Source: Scenedesmus sp. PABB004 (Eukaryota). From it: DNA of 64,000 bases. Made by a program: the position numbers and the translations under genes. Below the pieces are notes generated by a model. That model did no database searches. It saw only the letters and a program-made list of their open reading frames with translations, and was not told the DNA's origin. Below, one piece after another: positions 1-11,588 of the stretch. Where the stretch lies: contig JABVCE010000019.1 of the NCBI GenBank assembly GCA_014905635.1, forward strand, positions 372,001 to 436,000, in the 5' to 3' direction. Numbering within the stretch: position 1 is the first letter of the stretch; each line of letters opens with the position of its first letter.

Positions 1-3000
1 AGGGCGCAGCACACACAGAGCGCAGCACACACAGCCCGGACAGCGCCGGAGCGCACGCGCACAGCGCCGGCGCCACTCCGCGGCGCCGCATAAAGCCGCA
101 AAGAGACGGTGCCTGGCATCGCGGCCGCACCTGCTCGACCATGAGGGACATGAGGTCGTTCAGGCGCCGCAGGTGCTGCAGCGGCGCGTCGGGCATGTGC
201 GCGATGGTCGGCCCCGGCGGCGCCTCGCCGGCGGCGGCGTCGCCGCCGCCGGCGGGGCCCGAGCCCGAGCCCGCCGCCGCGAGCCCGCCCGCGCCGCCGC
301 CGCCCGCCGCGGCGGCGACCGCGGTGGCCGCGGCCGCCGCAAACGCGCCGCCGCCCGCCGGCGCTGGCGACGGCGCCGCTGCGCCACCGCCGCCGGCGCT
401 GCCGGCGCGGCCGACGGCGCCGGGCGGGCTGCCCGGCGGCGACGTGGCCGCCGCGGGCGTCGGCGCGGGCGTGCTGGCGCGGCTGTACGGCGCGAGCGCG
501 GCGCTCGTGGCGGTCTCCGCGTCCCAGGTCATGGCGGTATAAAGCAGCTGCTTGGCGCGGCGGATGTCCTCGCTCGCGCCCTGCGGCGGGCAGGACGGCG
601 GCCGCGGCCCGGTGGGCGGCGGTCGGTGCCGGCGGCGCGGGGGCGCCCTTGCCCGCGGCCCCGAGCTCGCACGCGGCCCCGGGCTCGAGCCTTAACCCCG
701 CCGCGTAGCGCCGCACCTTGCCGAACGCGTCGAGCATGCTGGCGTCCTTGGTGACCAGGCTGACCTGCAGTCATTGGGGGTTCGTGGTTCAGGTGTGAGC
801 GGTTTCAGCCCGAAGCGACGAGCGCCCAGTGCGCGGACAGGGCCAGCCCGCGCCCGGCCGGCGCGGCGCACGGCGCCGCGCACGCAGCACCGCCGCGCGC
901 GGCTCACCAGGATGGGTGTGAGGCTGCTGCCCTCGAGCGCGAGCAGGCCCTTGGCAAACGCAGCGGCGGACGCCTGCACGGCGCGGGCGGCGGCGGGCGC
1001 GCCGGCGTCGGCGTGCGCGGGCGCGGGCGGAGCGGGCCCTCCCGGCTGCCAATCAGGCCTAAACCCTGAACCCCCAGCCTCTGTCTCGCCTGCACGCGGC
1101 CCTCGTCGCTGCTGTAGATCTTGAGGTCGTGGCGGTACGTCGAGTGCAGGCGCAGCAGGCCGCCGCCGGTGGAGCCGTACCTGGCGGGGTTCAGGGTTGA
1201 GGGGCGGCGGCGCGGCGTGAGAGGGCGGGCAGCTGAGGCGGCGGCGAACGGGGCCAGCCGCGAGCAGGGGGCCGGAGCATGCGCCCTTCTCTTGCTCTTC
1301 TCACCGCGGGTACATGACCAGTCGGAAGACCTTGCCCAGCTCCTCCGCCTGATGACACAGATGGTGGTGGCGGGCGGTCAAAGTTGGTTTGTGGGTTCGA
1401 AGAAACAAAAGGATTGCCAAGCGCAGGGCAGGTGCGCGCGACGACCAACCCCTAGACCCGCCAGCCCCAGCCCCGCGGCGCACGCCCCGCCGCCGCACCT
1501 GGGCGCGGCCCGCGTGCGTGAGCACGCCGCCGTACTTCAAGATGAGCAGCACCTCCTCCAGCTGCCCCTGCGGCGCCGCCGCCGCCGCCTCCTTGCCGCC
1601 CCCGCCGCCTGCTCCCCATCGGCCGCAGGCGCCGCCGCCGCCGCCGCGTCGCCGGCGCCGGCGGCGCCGGCGCCGGTGGCGGGCGGCGCCGCCGCGTCTG
1701 GCACGGTGCTCCAGATGAGGGGCTTGAGCTGGACCTTGCGGTTGATACCGCTGAATTGGCCGCCCTGGCGGCGGCGCGGCAGAGGGGGGGGGGGGGAGTT
1801 GGGCGCGCGGGTGAGCCAGAGGCGCCTCTCAGGGCCCGCTCCTGCAGGGAGCCGCCTGGTTGCGCCCGCTCGCCGCCCCAGCCGCAAGCCTCCGGGGCCC
1901 TCGGGCCCGGACGCGAAACCAGTCGTTGCTTAAACCCCGCGCGGTCGCAGCTGGCCTAAACCCCGCGCACCTGCTCGAGCACGGTGCGCACGATCTGCAG
2001 CTTCTCCCGCTGCTCCTCGCGCGCCTCGGCCTCCTCCTCGCCCAGCCCCGGCGGCGGCGCGTGCTCCAGCTCCTGCGCCAGCGCCGGCCGCCGCGGCGGC
2101 GGCGGCGGCGGCGCGTGGGTGCGGCGCGGCGCGCCGAGAGCCTGCCGGCCTCTCCAACGAGAACTGGCAGGGCGTGACAGCCCCAGCCCCCCCCCCCTCC
2201 CCCGGGGCGCCTGTGGCTCACCGCGAGGAGCGCGCGGACGATATCCAGCAGCTCCTGCAGCTGCGCCGGCGACTTGAGCTTCGCCTGCTTGCCCTTGACG
2301 TCCGCGTGCCGGCTGAAGAGCTCCAGCAGCGCGGGCTGCCGCACGCGCACCTGCGGGCGCGGCGGCGGCGGCGCGCGTGATCATGTCGCGGGCGCGGTGC
2401 CGCGGCGCCCACGCCCGTCGACGCGCGCACAGCCCCTAAAACACCCTCGAGCGCCCTAAACCCCAAAACACCCAACGCGCCTTGAGCTTCTGCTTGGGCG
2501 TGCGGTCGCCGTGCCGCACGACCGCGAGCACGCAGCGCAGCTCCTCGCGCGTCGAGCGCTCGTCGGTGCGCGTCGCCTCGAGCAGGTCGACGCCGGAGAG
2601 CTCGGCCATGAGGCTCGACAGCTCCTGCCGCACGGGGTTTTGGGCAGGCAGGCGGCGGCGGCGGGGTTTAGGGGCACAAGGGCTCAAAGGTTGAGAGTGC
2701 GTGGAAGGAATTTGGTTGGGGTGAGCGCGCCGCTGCTGGGCTGTGCCAGCGGCGGCGGCGCGACTTTGGAACGCCGAGCAACCAAGCCCCCTAAACCGCC
2801 GCCGCCAAAACGTCGCCAAAACCCTCGCGCGCGCGCGCACCTGCAGGCTCGCGGTCTTGCGCATCATGCCCAGGCTCTCCTCGTCGTAGCCGCCGCCCGA
2901 CGCCGCGATGGCCGCCGCGGCGGCCGCCGCGCCACCGCCGCCGCCCGCGGCGGCCGCCGCGGCCGCGGCCGCGGCCGCCGCGACGGCCTGGCTCTGGCCG

Positions 3001-6000
3001 CCGAGCGCGAGCGGGGTGAGGCCGAGCGAGAGCGAGAGCGGGGAGCCGCTGCTCGGCGCGAGCGCGAGGCGGTGCGGCGCGAGCGCGGCGAGGATGGTGC
3101 TGCGCAGGATGCCTGGCGGGCGCGGACGGTGCAGCGGGCAGGCGCGTGAGCCTGTCCACACACAAACACTCAAGGTAAAGCCCCAACGGCCAACGCTGGG
3201 CCTAAACCCCGGCCGGTCAGACCCCATCCGGCCAAAACCCTGCCTCACCCGCTGCGTCGTCGTAGTACTTGCGGCTGTTCTTCACAAACGACCAGCCGTT
3301 GACGTCGCACACAAAGCTGCGCCCCTTCTCGCTGCGCAGCAGGTCGAAGCCGCACACCTTCTGCCCAAACGCGAGGCACACCTGGGCAGGCCGGGGCGGG
3401 GCGGGGAGGATTCAAAGGGGAGGGAGGAGAGGGCGTGGGCGTGGTGGGTTCTAGGGTTGATGATTTAGGGTTTAGCATGCCAAGCTGCAGTGCGCTGTGC
3501 CGCGGGCGGCCGGCGCGTGGCGCGCACCGTGCGGCTGATCTCCTTCTCGGCGGGGCTCAGCAGCACGGGGAAGCTGCGGCCGCGGACGCGGCGGCGGACG
3601 CGGACGACGCGGCGGCGGGGTCGATGGAGCGGCGGCGGCGTTAAAGCGGCGGCGGCGTGTGGAGCGGCGGCGCGCGCAGTGCGCGCACACAACCCCCAGC
3701 GCACCGCATCTCCTTGCCGTCGGGCGTGCGCAGCACGCGGCCGTCGACGACGGGGCTCTTGCGCGCCTCGGCGTGCGCGTAGCGCGGCCCCACCGTGTAG
3801 ACCTGCGGCGGGGCGGGGCAGGGTTGAGGGGGGGGGGGGTCGGTCCAGCGGGCGCCCCGCGGAGCGCGCGGCTCCCGCGCCCGCGCCTGCGTGTGTCCGC
3901 CGACCCCTAAACACTGGTCCTCAGCCCCTTAACACCTGACCCTAAACCCTAAACCCCTGAGCCCCGCGCCTTGACGTCGGTGCCGCCAGTCGCCAGGAAC
4001 TCCTCGTAGATGTAGGAGCCGTCGCGGCGCACCGTGCCCGGGTGGTGGGGGTCATAGCAGGACGACTTGTTGTCGACCTGGCGGGGTTTAGGGGTTCACG
4101 GGGGCGGTGGTGGTGCGCGGGGTTGAGGGGGGTTCAGGAGGGTCAAGGTGTGAGGGCTGGCGCGCGGGAGGGCCGCACGGGAGGGGCGGGGGAAGCAAGG
4201 GGGCGGCGCACCTTGCGGAAGAGGCGCTTCACGCCGCCGCCCTGCGCGCGTGCGGCGTGAGAGGGTGCGTGGGTGGGCGGCGTGGCGGGGATCAGGGGGC
4301 GGGCCAGGGCGCGTGGCAGCGAGCGGCACGGGGGCGGTGCAAAAAGCAAAACAGCAAGAGCCCCCGAGCCCTGGGCCCCGTGGTGGTGGCGGCGCACCAT
4401 CGAGTGGGGATAGTAGATCTGGGAGGGAGCGGTTCAGGGAGGCAGGGTTCAAGAGTTGAGGGGGAGGGGGAGGGGCAGCGGGCGGGCTGTGAGGGCGGGC
4501 GGCGCAGGGCGGCGCGGGGCGGCGGCGGCGCGGTAGTGGCGCGCGGCGGCGGCGCACGTGGATCTGCCGAGGGAGAGGGGCGGAACGGCGGCGCGGGGCG
4601 GGGCGGGGCGCGTCAGGCGGCAGCGGCGGCGCGCGGGCTCTGAACCCCCCGGAGGCCGGCCAGCCGGCCGCGCGCGTGCTACGCTCACGTTGTGGTCCTC
4701 CCCGCTCGCCGGCTTCTCCACAAAGGGCTTGGCAATGCGCACGCCGTCCAGCTCGACGTAGTCCTCCTGTGCGTGTGGGCGGCGGGGCGGCGGTTTGTTT
4801 GCGAGGGTTTAAGAAGGGTTGGGAGACGGGTTTGAGGGAGGTCAAAGCGGGCCGGCCCTGACGCACGGCTGCTGGCGAGCGCAGCGCGGCGCGTCGTGTG
4901 CGGCGCGACGCCGCGCCGGCCGGGCGCGCTGGTGCCGCGCCGCACCTCCTCCACGAAGCCGGGCGGGTCCTCGAAGCCCGGCGCGTCGCGGGAGACCACG
5001 ATGTGGGACGGCACCGCGATGCCGTGCTCCTGCAAGTGTGGGTGCGTATGTGTGTGTGTGGGGGGGGGGGGGGGGGGAGCGTGCGCCAGTGATTAAGCTT
5101 GCGTGCAGCTGGCGCCGCGGCGGCCGCCCGCCCAGGCGCCAGGCGCGCCTGCAGCAGGCGGTACACGGCGCGGCGGTCCTGCAGCACGTCCTGCGAGGCG
5201 GGCGCGGAGCGCGGCGGCGGCGGGCTGCGCGTCACGGCGCCGCACTCTCTTCCCGCCGAGCGCCCCAAGCCCTCGGCAGCCCAAAACCCTTCAAACCCTA
5301 AACCCTGCAACCCGATAAACCTCGAAGCGCCGCGCCGACCTGCATGTGGAGGTCGTTGATGAGGAAGGGGCGCGTGAGGTCGGCGTACGCCTGCGCCTTG
5401 GCCAGCGGGAAGCCGTCGCTGCGCGGCACGGCGCGCGGCGCGGAGCGCGGCAGGGCGTTGCTCAGGGGCTGGGCTTCGGGCGGCGAGCTGCTGTCCTGCA
5501 AGCCTCCTGCTGTCCTGCAAGCCTGTCCTGCAAGCGCCGCACCTGTACCAGGACATGAGGCAGTCCACGCGCGGCCACTCGGTGATGGGCGCGTGCAGGA
5601 TGACCGCGTCGCCAAACGGCACGATCTCAAACTCGCCCTGAGCAGGACACACCCAGCGGACAGCGCGCGGCGGCGGCGGGGCCGCGGGGTGGGCTTGGAG
5701 GGGGCGGGCGGGCGGCGGCACGCCGCCGCCGCGGCGACAAGGGGCGCACGGGGCGGGCGGGCGGCCCAGGGCCCCGCTGCCCGCTGAGCCACGCCCTGCG
5801 GGTGCGCACCTGCAGGCGGTTGACGATCTCCCGCATCTGCTTGCTCGTGGCTTTCTTGTCCATCGCGCAGATGCCCACGCGCACCTGGGGTTCAGGTGGG
5901 GTTCAGGTGGGCGCCACGAGCAGCACCAGCAACGGCGGCAGCAACGACGACGGCACGCGGCGGCGGGAGCGGCGCATGGAGTGGGGCCGGGAGCGGCGGG

Positions 6001-6549
6001 CGGGGGTGAGTGGCGGCCCGGCGCGTTGGGCGTGCAGGCGGGGGCCCGGCGGCGCGGCGGCGCGGCGGCGCGGCGGCGCGCGCCGCGCCGCGCCTTGAAG
6101 CCGTCGGCGGCGCCGCCCGGGCCGAGCGAGAGCGCGCCCAGGCTGCGCCGCCCGAGCGTGCGGCGGTCGCCGCCGGATGCGCCGCGCGAGCCCGGGCTGA
6201 AGGTCACGCTGTGCCCGCCGGCGGCGGCGGCGCCCGCACCAGCGCGCGCGCCGGGCGTGCCCGGCGACGGCGCCGCCGCCCCGGCCGCGCCCGGCGCCGC
6301 CGCCGCCGCGGGCGCTGCTGCGGGCGCGGCCGCCGCCGCCGCCGCCGCCGCGCCGCCCGGCGGCTCCGGCAGCGGCTCCGACCGGCTCTCGGCCGCCGCC
6401 GCCGGCGGCGGCGCGTCGCCCGGCGCCGCGCTGCCCTGCCGGCAGGGCGGGCGCTCCGCAGCCGCCGCGCCGTCGCCCGCGGCGCTGCCGGTGCTGCCCG
6501 TGCTGGCCGTGCGCAGCAGGCCCTTGAGGAAGGCGCCCACCTTGGCCAT
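1..6549 (-). CDS. VIP1: Inositol hexakisphosphate / diphosphoinositol-pentakisphosphate kinase (VIP1/PPIP5K), multi-exon; 3' end runs off the window start
   Basis: Exon peptides: [157 protein letters not shown] (ATP-grasp kinase domain). [21 protein letters not shown] carries the histidine acid phosphatase RHxxR motif. Likely ATG at 6549 ([10 protein letters not shown]). Confidence 0.95.
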
Positions 6550-7199
6550 GCTGCTGCGGGCGGCGGCGGGGATGCCGCGCCCGGCGGGGCAGCGGCGGCG
6601 GCGGCGCCAGCGGCGCGCGTGCAAGTGAGCGGCCCGGTCGGCGCGGCCACAGGATCTGGGGGCGGCCGCGAAGCCGCAGGGCGTGCGACCAGCGCGCCAG
6701 GCAGCGCGCGGGCCGCGCCAGGGCGGGGAGCCTGGCGCTGCTGCTGCTGCTCCGCGCGGCACCCCAGCACGGCTGCGCCCCTGGCCCGCCACGAGCGCGC
6801 ACGAGCGCACGCACCTGACGTCCAGACCGAGCTGCGCGCTTTGTTCGCTACTGGCGAGGGCGTGATGCCCTGGCACCGCCCGCGTGGACCAGCGCGGCGC
6901 GGCGTGCGGGTGCCGCTGAGGCGCACGGCGAGGCCCTGCACAGCGCAGGCGGCAGCGGCGGCGGAGCGTGCCGGCCGGCGCGCGCGGCGGCGGGGCTCAG
7001 CGGCCGGCCGTGGCCGGCGCTCTCGCGCCTGGACGCCCCCGTCAACGATCCCTCGCGTCCCGCCCACCCACACCGCGCCCAGGCCAGGCACGCCCGCTCG
7101 GCGCGACCGCCGGCGCGCCGCCGCTGCTGCGTGCTGCGGGCGGGCCGGCGAGGCGCTAGCCGCGCGGCCTCGCCGAGCGCGGACGGCGCGGCGGGCGCC

Positions 7200-9580
7200 A
7201 TGAAGGTCAAGCGGGAGGAGGCGCTGGCCCTGCTGGGCATCGAGGCGAGGAGCCGGGCGCGGCAGCAGCATCCCGCGCGCCCGCCCTCGCCCGCCCGCCC
7301 TCTCGCCCGCGCTCACGCGCGCCCGCCGCGCCACCCCAGGAGACGGACGACCCCGCCGTCATCAAGGCCGCGTATCGGCGGCTTGCGCTGATCCAGTGCG
7401 TCGCCGCTGCCGTTCGCGCGCGGCGGCCGCTGCTGTCGGCCGTGCGCCGCGCCGCACGGCCTGCCAGCAACGAGGGGCGCCCCCCACGCGCCCCGGATTG
7501 CCCATTCCCGGTCGCCCGGCGCGCGCAGCGAGCTGGCTGTGTGTGCTTGGAGCTGGCGCCGGTTGATGCGCGCCGCTGCCGCCGCCGCGGCCGCCGCCGC
7601 GCGCCGCCGCCGCCGCCGCCGCTGCGCAGCCACCCGGACAAGAACAACAACTCCGAGGAGAGCACCGAGATGTTCCAGCTCCTCTCGGCGGCCTACGCCC
7701 GGCTGACCTCGGCCGAGGTGCGGCGCCGTCGGCTCGCCGCTGCCGCGCCTCCGCAACGCCACCGCGCGCGCAAGCCCCGCCGCGCGTGCCTGGGCCCCGA
7801 ACCCTGCAGGAGAGCGACGATGAGCTGGACGACATCAACCCCGACGACTTCTTCGCCGGTGCGCGCCGCGGCGCCCCAGCGCGGGGCGCTGCTCCTGCTG
7901 CTCCTGCTGGGCAGCGGCGCTGCGCACGCATCGGAGCGCGCGGCGCCGCCGCCCGTGACGCGCCCCGCGGCGCTGGCGGTGGGCCGCCCGCGCCCCACTC
8001 AACGCACACACACACGCCCCGCAGACGACGTGTTCGCCTCCATGGGCATCGACCCGCTGGCCTTCCTCTTCGGCATGTTTGGCGGCGGCGCGCGGGGGCC
8101 GGGCTTTGGCGGCGGTCCGCGCTCCGGCGTCGAGATCCACCTGGGGGGTGTGTATGTCCACCTCGGCGGCCCAGGTGCGCGGTGCGGCGGCGGCAGCCAC
8201 GGCGGCGCGGGCAGGGCGGCAGAGGGCCCCGCCTGCCGCAGCGGCAGCAGCGGCAGCGACGGCGCGGCGCCCAGCCGCGCGCCCGCGCGCGCCGCGCGCA
8301 GGCCGCCCGCGCGGCGGGCGCGGGCGCGGGCGCGGCCGCGGGCCGCCCAGCGACGACGAGTGGCCCAGCGACGAGGAGGAGGACGACAGCGACGATTACG
8401 GCGGCGGCTTTGCAGGTGAGCCGCCACGGCCGGGCCGCCGCCGCCGTTCCGCCGCCTCGCCGCCGCCGCCTCGCCGCCGCCGCCTCACCGCCGCCGCCGC
8501 GCCCGACGCGCGCCGCCGCCGGCGCCAGGCTTCCCGGCGGGCGCCTCCGGCCCCAGCGAGCGCGACATGGCGCGCGAGGAGAGGCGAGCCAGCAGCGCTG
8601 CCGCGCCGGGCTGCTCAGCGCTGTGCACCGCCGCGGCCCCCCGGCCCGTGCGCGCTGGCCCCCTGAGCCCTGCACCCCGCAACCACCCCGCAGGCGCGAG
8701 GACGCGCGCGACAGGCGCAAGGAGGCCAAGCGCCGCATGGCGGCCGAGGTGGGCCGCGCGCGCGCACGCGCGGCACGCGGCGCGCGGGGGGCCGGCCGAC
8801 GACCTGCTGGCGCCCGCGGCCCGCCCGCGGCGCCGCCCCCGCCGCCCCCGCCGCCCCAGGCGCAGCGCTTTTTCGACGCCCAGGCGGCCAAGGCGGCGCG
8901 CGAGCGCGAAGACGGCCCCGACGCCGCGCTGCTCAGCCGCCGCCTTGCGCAGCTGCCGCGGCCCGTCCTTGTGTCGTGCCGCGACGGGGCACTGACCATC
9001 AACGTCGACCGCCGCGGCGTGGTCGACTCGACGCAGCAGGCGCGTGCAGAGCGCGCCGCCCGGGCGTGCGGCCTTGCCCCACGCCGGCGGGCACCCCTGG
9101 CTCAGCTGAGCCGCCCCAAAACCCTTCCACCGCCCGCCGCAGCCCTTCGTGCTGTATGAGCTGGCGTGGCGCCGCGCCGGCGCCGGCGCCGCGGCGAGCG
9201 CCGCCCCCTGGGCGACGGTGCTGGGCGCGGCGCCTGTGCTGGAGCTGAGCAGCCTGGCGGCGGGCACGCGCTACGCCGTGCGCGCGCGCGGCGGCTTCGG
9301 CGCGCGCGGCGCGGTGCAGCGCACGCTCGCGGCGCGCGCCGGCGCCGGCGTCGAGGGCGGCAGCACGGGCGGCGACGGCGGCCGCGGCGGCGCGGGTGAC
9401 GAGGGCGGCGTGGGCGGTGAGGGCATCACGTGGGGCGACTGGAGCGTGGACGCCACCTATGCCACCACGGGCAGCGCGGCCACCGGCGGCGCGGCGACCA
9501 GGCCCGGGGCCGGGCGGTGCAAGAAGCAGCAGGCCGCGGCAGCACCCGGCAGCCCCGTGCCGGCGGCGGCGGCGGCGGCA

Positions 9581-9621
<41 letters not shown>

Positions 9622-10783
9622 AGAGCCGCTCAGCCCTGACGGCGCGGCGGCAGGCGCGGGCGCTGCGCAGGGCAGCAGCCACGGCGGCGCCGGCAGCTCT
9701 GCGCCGGCCGCTGGCAAGCGCGGCGCCAAGAAGGCGGCTGGCGGCGTCAAGGCGCAGCCGGCGCCGGCGCCGCAGCCGGTGCAGGCTGACAAGGCGGCGC
9801 TGCAGGTGTGAGGCCCGGCGCTCAAGAAGGGGGGGGGGCGCAAAGCGCAGCATCCAAGGCGTTGCCCACGTGCAACTGCCGCGCCCGCCACCGCACAGGC
9901 GGCGCGCGAGCGAGAGGCGGCGCAGCAGGCGGCCATGGTGCGCGCAGCGGCCGAGTACGAGGCGGCGGCCGCGGCCGCCGCGGCGGAGGCCGCCGCGGCG
10001 GAGGCCAAGGCGAGCCGCGGCCGGCGCAAAAAGGCGGGCGGCGGCGGCGGCGGCGCGCCCGGCAGCAGCAGCGCCGGCGGGCCCGCGCCGCGCGCGGCGG
10101 CCAGGGCACCCTCGCCCGCCGCGCCCGCGCCCAAGCCGCCGGCCGGCGGCGTGGGCGGCGGCGTCAGCGGCGGCGGCGGGCAGCGCAAGGAGGGCGGCGG
10201 GAGCGGGCCCGCGAGCAGGGCCGCGACTGGCGCCGGCGCTCCGCCGCCCGCTGCTGTGCCGGCGGACGCGGCCGCCCGGCCGCCGGCGCGCGGGCCCGGC
10301 CCGGCCGCCAGCAGCGGGCTCGGCGCAGGCGGCGCAGGCGCCGGCGCCGCCCGCGCGCCGCCGCCCGGCCCGCAGCGCCCGCGCGGCGTGAGCGCGTCGC
10401 AGTGGGAGGCGCAGCTGGCGCTGGAGGAGGAGCACCAGCTGGCGTGGGCGATGCGCGAGTCGCTGCGCATGGCGGAGGAGGAGGCGGCCATGGAGGAGGC
10501 GGCCCTGCGCGCCGCCATGCAGCAGCAGGACGCCGCGCCGTCCACGGGCGGCACCCCCGCGTTCGGGGGGCAGGCCGCCGCGGCGTGGCCGCAGGGCGGG
10601 TGGCCGGCGGCGCAGGCGCAGGGCGCCGGGCCCTGCGCCGCGCCGGCCGGCGCGGAGCGCGCCGGCCCGCCGCCGCGCGGCGCCGCGGCCGGCGCCAGCA
10701 TGCTGCGCGAGGCGCTGCTGCGCGGGCAGGGCCAGCGGCCGCCGAGGCAGCAGCAGTGGCAGCAGCAGCATGCATGGGACTAG
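7200..10783 (+). CDS. J-domain (DnaJ) protein with a probable fibronectin type III domain and a C-terminal UIM-like motif, multi-exon
   Basis: MKVKREEALALLGIE|ETDDPAVIKAAYRRLALIH|HPDKNNNSEESTEMFQLLSAAYARL has an intact HPD motif. The FN3-like segment reads YELAWRR...LELSSLAAGTRYAVRARG...WGDWS. The UIM-like segment reads EEEHQLAWAMRESL. Stop TAG at 10781-10783. Confidence 0.85.
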
Positions 10784-11588
10784 CGGGCGCGCCGCGGCGG
10801 GCGCGTGCAGGCGGCGGTGGTCGGCGCGGCGGCGGCGGTGGCCATCAGGTGTCCCAGGACCTGCTCCTAGGCAGCTGCCTCGCGTGCGTTGCGGTCCAGC
10901 AGAGTGTGGCAGCTAGCTGTAGCGCGGGCGGGCAGGATGGCGGGTGGCGCCGCCGCCAGCGCCGCTGGGCTTGCAAGCGGAGGCGGCGGACAGGCGTGCG
11001 CGGCAAGCGCGCGGCGGCAGAGCTGCGGCGCAGATGAGGGGACGCACGTGGCCACGGCGCCGCGTTGGTAAGTTGAGCCCGAGCCCCCAGCCCCGAGCGC
11101 TGCAGCCACCCGTGCTTTCATGGCCACTGAGTGTCCTTCTCAACTCACAGCGGTCACACACTGCGCAGTATGCGTAGAGGGGTGTCCTCGGCGGGGTCGC
11201 TGGTGTTGCCGGTCACCACCGCCCGACTCGCTCACCGCCCGCGTCACGCGGCGCCGCCGCGCTTTGCCGCTGTGCGTGGTCCGGTGGTCCTGCACGGCTT
11301 TATCCGGGCTTTTCTGAGCGCGCCACGGGCCGCCAGCGCGTGAGAGTGGCGGCGGCGCCCGTTCGCGGCGAGGCTCACTGCGCGCTCGGCGGCGCGATGG
11401 TGCCGCCGAGTTGTCAGCGCTGCCCCCGGCCGCGCCGCTCCGCCCAGCGCTTCCCCAGACTCACCGTCGACCAGAATAGGCACCGCCATGCACCCCGCGA
11501 CCGCGCACGCAACGTCGTTAGAATAGCTCGCCCCCGCCACGCTCAGCCGCTGAAGAGCCGCGCCGACAGCGGCCGAAGACTCTACGCC

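Noticed and set aside
4096..6876. 926-aa ORF and many other long Ala/Arg/Pro/Gly-rich ORFs (e.g. 28970-31363, 45654-47603, 55184-57403)
   Set aside because: Stop codons are rare at this GC content. These ORFs read through introns and shift in and out of the true frame, so they are not proteins as listed.
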